Below the pieces are notes generated by a model. The model was given only the letters and a program-made list of their open reading frames with translations. It made no database searches and was not told the origin of the DNA. DNA of 63,696 nucleotides, filler included, from Ministeria vibrans ATCC 50519 (taxonomy: Eukaryota > Protista > Filasterea), in the NCBI GenBank assembly GCA_943704425.1. It is 11 parts of 11 records of this genome, joined end to end, with 100 filler letters (N's around TTAATTAATTAA, not from the genome) between each part and the next. Parts side by side here need not be neighbours in the genome. Positions count along the whole stretch, not along the records: positions 25,987 to 36,791 come from CALSCP010002581.1; positions 36,892 to 44,360 come from CALSCP010002480.1; 9 more parts are not named here. One strand, 5' to 3'. The position numbers and the translations under genes are program-made. Below are positions 27,488-39,307 of this stretch, one piece after another; positions within the stretch are counted from its first letter, which is position 1, and each line of letters begins with the position of its first letter.

Positions 27488-28110
27488 TAATAATAATAAT
27501 AATAAATTTATTATTATTAATTACTTCTTCTAATATATATAATTATATTCTTTTCTGGAAGTCGCAAAAGCTTCATTGTGAAAGACAACTGACGGGGCTA
27601 CATAGACAATATCAGGCACTGAATCTTCCCAGGCATGGTCTTTGCTCCGCGCACCCACATGCTGAGCAAAGCACGACAATCCTTCTCCAGCAGCAGCACC
27701 GCTTCCCATGCCGGAGGGCCGCCTCGGGCAAACAGCCCGTCACCGTCCCAAATGTTTGCCATTTCTTATTACTACAATGAGTAAATATTTTCTGTCAAGT
27801 CCACGAACGGCTCGTGGCTCGAAGATCCATTTGTTATTGTCTTCTTGTGACGGAATCAATTCTCAACCCCCTAAGGAAGGACCTTGTCGGGCAATTGCGC
27901 TCTTCCTACTGCGTGTAGAGGTCTTCACAAAAAGTAGAGGTCTTCACGAGAGAGTGGTCGGAAGAGGAGCTCGCACTCCACACGCAAACTACAGAGTGGA
28001 GTGTTTACTCTTGAAGTGAAGAATTGAAAACCTCCCGGTCCAATGCCTCTCACCATCAATCTCCCGGTCAATTACATCCCACTATCAATACCCTGCTTTC
28101 AACAGCAACT

Positions 28111-28851
28111 CTACTGTATTCCTATCCTGGTGTCTTCAGTTGCTTTGGTACAAAATTGCAAAATCCCCTCCGCTGATGTCTTTCGCTCCGCACTACAGTC
28201 GACCAACCAGTCATCCATCGTCAACGGCACGTCGTCAAGAGAAACATCCAACAGGTGCGTCAGGGATACGTGCAGCTTTCGTGCGTCCACCCGCAAACGA
28301 TTCCAAGTAAACAATGTTCCCGAGCGAGCGGGGGGACCGTCAGAGCCAAATGTGAATCCCACAAGCACGTCAGAGTCAGCCGCAATGGCTTTGTTCCGCG
28401 CATGAAATCCATCGTGGACGCACACTCTGGCTCCAATCGCCATTGCCATTTCCAGCTGCAAAACAGATTTCTCGCCCAACTGCGACGCAAACTGTGCATG
28501 CAGTCTAGCCCCCACCACGGCACTCTGCGAAGCCCCCGGGCGACATGGGACACCCACAACAGCCGGGAGAGAGTCGGGGAGGTGCAAGGTAAGCGAGCCA
28601 ATGTCTTCGCTCAGGAACAGCGCAACGGGAACATGGTCTGCCCATGCCGCACCCCCGCTCACAAGGAGAACGTCGGATAGGTCACAGTGGAGGTAGTGGA
28701 GAAGGATCGCCTTGCAAGCGCAAACCATTTTATGAAACAACAGTTTCGTCAAACGCTTATCGCCATTCCGGCCAGATGTACCAACAATGCCAACACGGGT
28801 CACATGTGTACCTCTGGTACTACTTAAGCCCCGGCGAGGGAACTTGGGCAT
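28111..28851 (-). CDS. Intronless SLOG-superfamily (DprA/YspA-like fold) protein
   Basis: VGIVGTSGR, LVSGGAAWADHV, GFHARNKAIA..SDVLVGF and SGTLFTW match the SLOG pattern (G-x-R, SGGA-x-G/W-AD, RN, GGT). Confidence 0.7.
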   Translation of the reverse strand: MPKFPRRGLSSTRGTHVTRVGIVGTSGRNGDKRLTKLLFHKMVCACKAILLHYLHCDLSDVLLVSGGAAWADHVPVALFLSEDIGSLTLHLPDSLPAVVGVPCRPGASQSAVVGARLHAQFASQLGEKSVLQLEMAMAIGARVCVHDGFHARNKAIAADSDVLVGFTFGSDGPPARSGTLFTWNRLRVDARKLHVSLTHLLDVSLDDVPLTMDDWLVDCSAERKTSAEGILQFCTKATEDTRIGIQ

Positions 28852-29122
28852 TGCGATGAAAAAAAGTCTTATGAGTAATGAGTTGTGACGCAGTGACTGA
28901 TCTCTCTCTACTCTTCCCGTGAATCCCAGCAGCCGCCTAATTTACAAGACATAGGCCAATTAAGGCCATCTTGCATACCTTTGCGTTTCTAAACCTTTTG
29001 CCGGTTCATCTTTGATGTATTTTCATATGTGTTTCATATTGCGCTTTGTCGAATCGCTGTCGAATAATAAGTCCCTAACGGCCCAACGTAAGTTTCTTAT
29101 ATTAATTTTTTATTTATTTCAC

Positions 29123-29515
29123 ATGCTGACGCGTGCAATGTCGTCTGTGCCACCCACACTGGTCTCTGCGGCCACCAGAGCGGCCTGGGGGCGTCTGAAT
29201 CTGCTTGTGCTGGACGACCACGAAGGGATCCTTGGTCGCTCGCCGGGCGTCGCACAGATGAAGGCGCTCTGCGACACCACCCGCATCCTTGCAAACACCC
29301 CCCTGGCAAGCGTCCCCAACGCCGAGCTGGCGGATATTGATGTGATTTTTGCGTTGAGAGAGCGAACTCGCTTCAGCAAAGAGGTCTTTGCCAGATTGCC
29401 CTCTCTCCGTCTTCTGCTGCAATCTGGTGGCCATGCGTACCACGTCGACGTCGAGGGTGCCACCCAGCATGGTGTGCAGATTGTGCTTGGACGCGGGGCG
29501 CAGGTACCGAATCAC

Positions 29516-29613
<98 letters not shown>

Positions 29614-30561
29614 AGTGATAGAGAAGTGATATGATGTGATGCGATATGATATGTACTGTGCCAACACGCACTCTTGGTTGTCACGTCAGGAGCCATTGCG
29701 CGCTGTTCCCGAGCTCGTCTTCAACCTAATGACAGGGTGTCTGCGCGACATGAAGACAGTTCACCACGAGATGACAAACGGTGCATGGAACCCGACCATT
29801 GGCCGAACGCTTGCTGGTAAGGCGAGAGCTCGTGGAGAGTAGAGCGCGCGTCAAATTTAACACGGATTTGCTCTCCCAGGACGCACTATGGGTCTTCTTG
29901 GGGCTGGTCGTCACGGAGGACGCGTTGCCACGATAGCAAAAGCGTTTGGGATGAAGGTGCGTCATCGCTGGACTCCAATTGAAATTTATTCTCTCTCTTG
30001 GTTTGTTTGCTTTCTGCGAAGGTAATTGCGTGGGACCGCGGCTTGTGCGATCGGCCAACTGCCGACGGGGACATACCGCGTTTTCCAATGGAGCAGCTTC
30101 TCGCGCAGTCGGATGTCGTCTCAATCCACTTGAAACTGTCGGACGAGTCGCGGAATCTTATTGACGCAGAGAAACTCGCGCAAATGAAACGCAACTCGAT
30201 CCTCATCAATACATCGCGCGGAGCCATTGTCGACGAGAAAGCCCTTGCTGATGCTCTCGCCGACCCCTCGGCACCCCTCTCTGCTGCCGGCCTCGATGTG
30301 TTCCACACAGAGCCGCTTCCGGCCGACTCCCCTCTGCGCTCTCTTCCAAATGCTCTCATTACACCCCACATTGGTACGCTCAGTTTGTTTGTTGGTGTTG
30401 TCCGTCTCTCTCTCTGTGTGTAACTGGCTTACTTCTTTTTGAATTTTGTAGGATTTCTGACCGAAGAGGTTTTTATGGAGTTTGCGCAGATTGCGGCGAA
30501 CCAACTAAAAGCTGTGCTGGAGGGGACTCTTCCGCCCTCAGATATTCTCAACCCTATGTAA
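29123..30561 (+). CDS. D-isomer-specific 2-hydroxyacid dehydrogenase, multi-exon
   Basis: RERT, GLLGAGRHG, SDVVSIHL, LINTSRGAIVDE, AAGLDVFHTEPL and ITPHIG. Confidence 0.92.
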
Positions 30562-31052
30562 CAATAATAATAACCCCGACAATAAGACGTACATTATTAT
30601 TACGATTAAAATTATTATTCATTTTTCCAAAACTCCCACAAAGGGAGAAAGAGAGAGTAGTAGTAGTTGAAAAAAAAACAGGGTGGATCGTTCCGAGGGT
30701 GAACCACTGGATAGCGCATTCCTTGGTTTGTAGCAGAGAAGACTACTCACTTTCATTGCACTCAACACAACCAAGATGCGCAATAATATTAATAGTAAAA
30801 TTTAACACAAATCAATTGTTTTTGAGGGGTGTCAACCTTCGCAACTTGAAGTAGTCGACAGACTGAAATTTGCATTTTAATAACAATAATAGCAAACTAG
30901 AAATGAGATGACGAAGATGCATTACACAATGAAACAACGAAAACACATTGGCATGAGCAACAAAACAAACCTAAAAATGAGATGAAGATGGATTGCAAAA
31001 TGAAACAATAAAAACACATTGGCAGGAGCAACAAAACCAACAGTAATATTTA

Positions 31053-34000
31053 TTACAAAAGAAAGGCCCCTTCGTCATCGTCAGAAGAGAGTTGGAGCGT
31101 CTCAATGGGCGCAAACATGCGCACTGTCTTTCCTCTGGCGCTCTCTCCTTCTCCCTCCTCCTCGTCTTCCTCCCGTTCCCGCTTCACTCCTCCTCCCGTA
31201 TGCTCCTGATACAATCGTCCCCTTGCCTGCACCTGCAGCTCCCGGCTGGGTCCCGCGCCTCCTTGTCCCTCACCATTATTATCATTCTTCTTCTCCTCCT
31301 CCTCCTCCTCCTTCACTCGCTTCCCCTTCCCCTTTCGCGGTGTCTTCCCCTTCGCCGCACTCATCACACCAGCCCCTTCACCCTTCCCTCCCTCCTCCTC
31401 GTCTTCCTCCTCCTCCCCCCTCTCCCTCTTCACTCCCTTAGTCCTCTGTGGTCCTTTCCCCTTCCGCGGACTCATCAAATTTCCTTTCCGCGGACTCAAC
31501 AAACTCCGTTTCACCGGGCTCATCACCACCGACACATCCGCATCCGTTTCATCCACTTCCTCTTCTCCTTCCTCTCCCACAAACTCCTCTTCTCCCTCCT
31601 CATCCTCCTCCTCCCCCTCCCCTCCTCCCACCTCTTTTTCCCGTCGGATCACCTCACTCTGCCACTCACTCATTTCTCTCCCGTCCATCAACTCACCACT
31701 CTCAATCTCACGTAATACCTAACAAACAAAAAAATATTAGTACCAAAAGATTTCCCCATCTCTCTCTTTCTCTTACGCTCGGGTGCCATACGCGCAGCGG
31801 CACAACGGTCCATCCGGCCTTTTGCGCCAGAATGTCGCGCGGAATCAACCGATAGAGCTCACGCGCATTAAGACGAAGATCCGCCGCAGAGTCACACACC
31901 ACTGCAACGTTGTCAAGACCCTCTGCGCGATCCACCAGCGCCACTCCCAGTCGAAAGCGACTCGAACCCACACGCACAGAGCCTTCTCCGGCAAACAATC
32001 GTCCACGAACCTCACTGGCAAAAGTACGCGCGCTCTGCTCTTCACGCGTCACTCGTCCCAGCCGCTCACCCCCGGCACTTGTTGTACCCGCACTCGCCGC
32101 CTCAAAGACATGTCGACAGAAGCGCGCAAAGGCAGCCTTGCCCGCACTTGCACTGTTCGTCTTTGTACCCGTCTTCTTCCTGTCCCCGCCACCACCCCCG
32201 CCACTCGGCACAGGCATCGTCGGATGATAGATCACTTGCATCGTCTCCTTGGCCCGCGACACACCCACATTGAGTCGTCGGTCGCCGTGGGCGCGTGCCA
32301 GCGTTGAATACCGGTCGGTCGCCGACGCAGGCGACTTGGACAGAATCAGCGACAGAAGAATCTCGCGCCGCTCCTCCCCTTGCACATGGTCAATTGAATC
32401 CACAAAAATGCTCTCGTCTGCCTCCATGTGCGTCTCACCCGTCCTCTCAAAGCGTCGCGTCCCCTCAGTCTCCCGCAGTCCCGCCAGACCACGCGCTCGC
32501 AACAGCGCACAAATCAACTTGGCCTGTAGCTCATTGAGCGTCACCACTGCAATCGAGAGTGATCGTGTGCAGTCCGTCACTGCGCGCACGAGCTCCGCCA
32601 CAACATACTCCGCCTGTCCCACATTCACCAAGCCCGACGTCCCAGGCGCATCCGGCCACACTGTGCGTACCTCCTGCAAGTCCTCATCCCGACTTAGACT
32701 CAACATGGGCGCATTGTCAAGGGCAACAGGAACAAACCCGCGCCGGACTTGCTGCTGCTGCTGCTGACAGTCCGACGGCGACGTAAACGTCCACAGCGTG
32801 CCCAGATAAAAGTAATCGTTGTTGAACTCAATGAGAGACTGCGACGCACTCCGATAGTGCCAGCACAACTGCAACACAGGCAGCTGCACCCGGTGCGACA
32901 TGGTCTCCTCCAGAATACTCACAGTCTGCTGCTGCTGCGGTTGCGACTGCTGTGACGCAACCTCCTCATCGACCACCTCCGCCTTCACGTTGCTCGTGCT
33001 GTCCGTCGGCAGTTGCTTCTCGTCGCCCACAATGATGGACGCATCCGCCCGACCGATAGCACCAAGCATGTCGGCAACCGCCAACTGTGATGCTTCGTCC
33101 ACAAGCAGTCGAGCAAAGAAAAGTCGGCCGTCGGGCGAGACCACAGGCAGCGTAGCGGCATTCTGAGGTGTCAGCGCAAGCACGGGGGACAGCGACAGCC
33201 ACCCCGCGAGCATCTGGTCGCGTGGCGTCTCCTTCAAAATGTCACCCAGTAGCTTCTTCTTGCGCTCCGCCGTTTGTCCGTGCTCCACTGCCTTGGCAAA
33301 CATCCGCCCAACAAGTGTCTCGCGTGACGTGAGCACACGAAACACGCGTCGCGCGTGCCACAGTAGCAACAGTACACGACACACTCGCTGCTTGCGCTGA
33401 TCACATGCAATAAACCGCTCAATGTCCGTCTCGACACTCGCCAACTCGCCACACTGTTGCAGTTCGCGACGCACAAACTCTCGCGTCAACATCACGTCGT
33501 ACAGCTCCGCTCGCTCACGCACAACACGTACATCTACTGTGGCACAACCGCAAAAGAACGGATCACCAAAAAAATCACGCTTAAAGCCACGACTGACACT
33601 CTCAGCGCCCATCAGATCAAGCATGTACTGCGACATGTCACGCAGCTGCTCCACGGCCAGCGTCACCCCAAGTCGCCGCTGTTGTTGCTCTGCCTCGCCC
33701 GCACGCGCTATCCGCTCTCCAATGTGCCTCACATCCTCGGACGAGTACGAGTGTGTCGTCTCGCAAGACACACTTGAGAACATCCGTCGATGCCCAATCA
33801 ACACTGCAGTGAGCATTTCAAACAGCGTGCGCCCTTGCGTATCCCCTTCCACGCGTGTGTGCAGTCGCTTGCGCACCGTCCACACTCGCATCTCCAACAT
33901 AAGCTCCTCCTCCTCCAGTCGCGTCGCTTCTTCCTCCAAGCTCGCCACCGCCGTTTCCAGTCGCGCCAGCACCGCACCTGCCGCCTCCTGCGCATTCGGG

Positions 34001-36713
34001 GCGTTCAACACACCCTCTCTCAAGTGCTTTTCCAGTTCGCACACGAGATCGTCCATTTTGGTCGGGTCCGTCTGCGCTCGTCCACTTGAACCGCCACAGA
34101 TCAACGGTAGCTTCTTTTGCAGCAGAGGTTTCAGCCATGGTTCGCGCGCCAGCGCCGGCACAAGCTCGTCAAGCAGCGACACACTCTCGCTCACCGTACG
34201 GTTCAGTCGACCCATGAACGGCCGCAGCGAAGACTCTGTGCGGGCGACAAACAGCAATGGACGCGTGCCATCGGTCAACAGCAAGTGACACACAATGTTC
34301 ACAAGCGTTTGTGTCTTGCCCGTCCCCGGCGGACCCCTCAACACAAATGAGCTGCTCTCCGTTGCCCGTCGCACCGCACGCTCCTGCGTCGAATCGGCAC
34401 TCAGAATCAAACGAAGTCGGTGGTCCGTCATTGCCACAGTGGGTGCCACGCCGGCGTTGTTGTTGTCGACGTTCTGGTTGTGGTGAGGACGACGCGCGTC
34501 CCCGTCGCTACGACCAACAAGACACTGGAACAGTGGGCTGCACCGTCGCATAGCAAACGCATTCAACTGGAGGTCCAGGTATGACCACAGGTGCGCGTCG
34601 TTGGTGTTGGATCGTGCCAACTTCACACGCACCAACGACAGCCAAGTTGTAGCAGCGCCACCCTCACCCTCTTGTCGTCGTCCTTTGTACAGTGCCGACA
34701 CGGCCGCCTTGACATGTACCACCGGCACTGGGTCAAGCTGCACAAAAGTCGTTGGATCCCACACCAGCACCGTCTGCCACTCGGGAACGCGACTCGCACG
34801 CAAGCAAAGCATATTGCCGCCCTTCTTGTCCACATCAAGTGTCACCGCCATCAGCAGAGCCGCACCACTAGCCGCGTCGCCAATACGCAAAAAGAGATCC
34901 TTGCTCTCCACGAGCGCCGTGTACACCGTGTGTCGCTTGCGCGCAACAGTCGGCTTTTCGAATTTTTGCGGCTGATCACGAGTCGGATCGAACAGCAACT
35001 GTGGCATCGCGTCTCCATTCCACAATCGTCGTTGATACACTCGTCCTGGCCTTGCCACGGCTGCACAAGCCTTCAACTCCACAGGATCACCCCTTTGCAG
35101 CACCTGAATAGTCTCCACCGCCACAGCAACACCACTCGCACACGTGTGTAGCGTTGCCGTCACCATCTTGGGCCAGACCTTCTCAACGGCTCCACGAAAA
35201 CGTACCAAATGCTTTGCGTACGCCATCGACCGGCCACACACTTGAGCCTTGAGCGGCGCAAACGCTGCGACAGCCGCAGTAATCGCATCGCCACCGCCGC
35301 CGTCGTCGTGGTCGCCATTGGCTGCCGCCACAACATCCAGTTGGCGTCGCACCAGTCGCACTTGTTGCAACGGACGCACACCACACATCTGAGCAGTGCG
35401 AATGTCACACAGGAGACGGATGGGCCCACCCTCGTGTCCAAACCACTCGGCAGCATCGCGCTCGCTCAGCGGCCCCTTGTCCAGTGGAAGCACAATCGGG
35501 CGCCACTGGCCCACGCGCCACGTTGCCACACGTAGCACATTCGTTTCGGCATCACACACAATTGCAGGTGCCGCATCCGTTTCCTGCACAATGCGCAGAG
35601 CATGGGAGAACACTGAGCTAAAGACCTTGTCCATTGGCAAAAGATAATGCGCCAACAGCATCGCATCGTCGCCGCCAAGTCGTGCACCTACCAAACGACA
35701 CTCGTGAGGTGTTGCCTCGAGAACCCGATCACACTTGACCAGGACCGATCCAGTCGCGCACACACGATGAAGCCCCTTCCATGCAAGTTCCACATGAACA
35801 TCGCCACTTGCATCGCGCGAATGCGACGCAACAAACAGCGCGTTGACCACGCGCGCTTCAGGATCGACATTGACCTCTTGAGACCTCCTTCTCCCAACCA
35901 ACACGGTGCGCTCCTCCACCAAAGTCACACGCTCGTTGTCGTCCGCAACGTACCAGCTCTTCCACACACACTCCACATTTTCGTCAGCACCCGACAGTTC
36001 GCAGTGCCACGTCTCGGGCAGTACCAGAGTTGCATGGATGGTGGCATACTCTCCCGCATGTGCTAACACACCAAACGTTGTCTGCGTCGCACTTGCATAG
36101 TTCACATGTACATCGAGTATCGGCACCACACCCGTGGTTGCACCGCTAGTCACCGCTGACAGAAGTGGCTCCGTCTTAAACTCTTTCTCCGCCTCAACAA
36201 AGCTCCAGCGCCCATCGTCCCGATGGGTCTCGGCTGCGGCCGCGCGAGTTTGCACAACTAATTGACGATGAATGTGCTTCCGTGCATACTCTAGTGCCTC
36301 TACGTCACTCCACTCACGTCCCGTGTTGCACGCCCACACCCGAAAGTAATACCCGGTCGCTGGCTCAAGATGTCGTGCGGTTGTTGCAAGCGTGCCCTCC
36401 GTGGCTCGCACCACACCATCCCATGCCGACCTGCGACGATCCTCACGCTTCTTTTGCACCCTCACATAGTACCATTGCACTCGCGCACCACCCGTAAACT
36501 CGGGTGCCCTCCAGCACGCTCGTGACCTGTGGCTTCCCGCCACCACCTCAATCCCACTGCAAATATAGAAAAAAAGATATTCTTCAGTGTGCCCAGGATC
36601 CTCGTAACACCCACTTACCTTGGACTTCCGGGCGCCCCTGGTGGCGTTCGCGTCACGCAAACCGCCTCTTCACTCCGACCCACTGTGTTCTCGGCAAACA
36701 CTCGAATGATAAC
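31053..36713 (-). CDS. FN3 + DUF4011-like + SF1 helicase (AAA_11/AAA_12) + Vsr/DUF559-like domain + acidic tail (Hhe-like); 5'-partial
   Basis: Helicase motifs ADSTQERAV...GPPGTGKTQT, VDEASQL, VGDEKQL, LCWHYRS, HVQGEER and RRLNVGVSRAK. C-terminal VGSSRFRLGVALVD...VVCD...AGWTVV. N-terminal FN3 (LEPATGYYFRVWACN). Intron 31719-31776 joins the acidic last exon. Confidence 0.85.
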
Positions 36714-36729
36714 CTATTTTAAACAATTA

Positions 36730-36765
<36 letters not shown>

Positions 36766-36891
36766 GGTATTATGACGTTTGAGTGGGGGGGNNNNNNNNN
36801 NNNNNNNNNNNNNNNNNNNNNNNNNNNNNNNNNNNTTAATTAATTAANNNNNNNNNNNNNNNNNNNNNNNNNNNNNNNNNNNNNNNNNNNN

Positions 36892-37000
<109 letters not shown>

Positions 37001-37009
37001 CAGACAAAG

Positions 37010-39196
37010 GATGTACTGTTCATATGGTCGATCCGTCCTCAAGCGCAGTATCAGTCTTTTCAATTGACTTTGTTCCAGCTCATCAATTTTTATTGTCACT
37101 TCTTAGCCCTTTCCCGTTCTGATGTTTGGCAGTACTTTTAAAGATTTCCCCACATTTAGTGCGTCTAGAAGTGGTGACATTGTACGTTTTTCCAACTTGA
37201 AGGTATCACACAAGAAATCAACCCGGCTTTCATCATTCCATCGTCACACGTCACGCAAAGCACGCACAAAGCACACACATCCATTTACTCTTAATCTCCA
37301 CTCGAACATATCCAGATTCAACGGCACAACGGACGACCCCAGGCGCTGTGCAAATTCACCGACCCCATTCCTCGCGATGCCTTTGGCGGTACCGTCTGGT
37401 GGAGTCCCGATGTGGGCGATTCCCTTGAAGGAGTCGGTACAACGAACGCATGCATCTTTCTTCGACGTACACAAAAAAACCCTCACACATGACAACGTTT
37501 TTGTATTCTTTTTTTGTATAGGAACGGGTCAGGACAGACTTAGAGCTACGACAGACGAAGACCGAGAACGGGTCAAGCACTTACGCGAGTGGTGGATCAA
37601 ATTCAAAGCGCCCGTTGTGCCCACGACTACCGCCACTACCACTAGTACGAATGTGGGTGGCAATAGTAGCACTCTTCATGCGCTTCCGCCTCTTGAATCG
37701 GTTCCTCCGTCTCGTCTCATTGTCGGTGGTCACATTCAAGTCACTTCAGGCGCTCCATATTCACCCGTGATCCCGCCTAATCGTGTTCCTCCTGCCCCTC
37801 CGACTGACCTGCCCACCTTCACACTTTCCAAATCTTCCTTTACGCTTGTCCAGTCGCTTCCTTCTGCTCCCGGCAAGATTGTCTCCCTCCGTGGTGCTCT
37901 TGCCGCTCCCTTCCTCCTCACTCCCTCTGCTCTTCCACCCCCCTTTGACTCCCAATTGGCAGACTATGTCTGTGCACACTTCTTCGATGGCTCTCCTCCC
38001 CCGCAGAGCTATTTAAAGTCTCGTTCCGAACAAGTTTCGACCCTTCTGACTCCTTACTCCATCATTGTTCTCATTCGTCGCGATCTCTTCAGCAAACTCT
38101 CCTCTCGTCTTCACTCGCCTCTCTGCATCACTCCGTTTCTCCTAAAAAAGTTCAAAGTCGTTGCCATCCACCTACCCGCCAATACACCCGGTCGGCCCAC
38201 CGTCACCCTCCACTCTACTCCTCAATCGTACATCAACACTTTCAACGAGACCGAGTCGGACTTCCAACTGCTCCACGCGCGTCTCATGGCCATTGGCGCA
38301 CCCCTCGGTCTTCCTTATCTTCCCTCTCCATTCACCAATATCGCCACAACTACGACGACCACCACCACTACTACTATTCCCACTAGTGCTGCTGCCTCTG
38401 CGGCATCATCCACTCCAGCAAGACCACACAAGAGGAAAGCACAGCCCCTCGTCATGCGACCGCTCTACCCTCAAGACAAAGTATCAACCAACAAACCTTC
38501 CACTCACTCACATTTTTTTTCTTCTTTTTTTTCTTCCACGCAACAGCCCCTTATGGACGTTGCCCAAGTGACCCGCCCCACAGCGCCCCTCAAGCCCTTC
38601 CGTCTGCGTGGCTGCATTGTCGACATTCTTCCTCGCGACACCCGTGCCCTTTCTGTGCGTCGCTGTGCCCACTGCGACTTCCACTCGTCCATACAGCCCA
38701 CTGACCCTTCTTTACCAGACGATCTGCCTCGTGATCTGCTTGACTGTGCTCAGTGTGGCTCAAACTCAATGGAGTGCGTGTACATGTTCAACTTGTGCCT
38801 CTTTGACGGCTCAGGCGAAATAGAGGTACACACCACCAAAACAACCCATATTTTTCGCATGAACACTGCCATTTACGTGTGTGTGTGTATGTGTGTGCGT
38901 CATAGTTGATTGTGTACGACGAGGCGGGCAAGGATTTGCTTGGCTTTGACGCATCCAATCTGTACCGCAACAAAGCACAGGCGCGGAGTACCCTTGACCG
39001 CATCCAGCGCCTCACGCCCTCCAAGGCCCTCGCAGCCCCCTCTTACCCCGTCTTTAATGCGGTCGGTGTGCCACAAACCAGTGATTATCCTCTTGTTGAG
39101 TGTTTGGTTTGCCCTTTCCGGCTCAGCACCGAAGGCTCTGATGAGACGCAGATCACACGATTTGCTCTGTATGACACACTCATCATCAACCAATAA
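37010..39196 (+). CDS. POT1: Protection of telomeres 1 (OB-fold telomere ssDNA-binding protein), 5'-partial
   Basis: OB1 motifs MVDPS, GDIVRFSNLK and EDRERVKHLREW. C-terminal OB with FRLRGCIVD, CxxC...CxxC, FNLCLFDGSG and FALYDT. Confidence 0.75.
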
Positions 39197-39307
39197 TGAA
39201 TAAATCAATTATTTTATATTCTTGTATACCATTCCACTCTCCTCCATACCTGTTTCTGCCACCAGTAGAGTCTGCTAAAAGACTCTAACACCAGCAGAAC
39301 AACAAGT

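Noticed and set aside
31053-31691. Stand-alone acidic protein ORF
   Set aside because: It splices in frame (intron 31719-31776) onto the helicase as its last exon.
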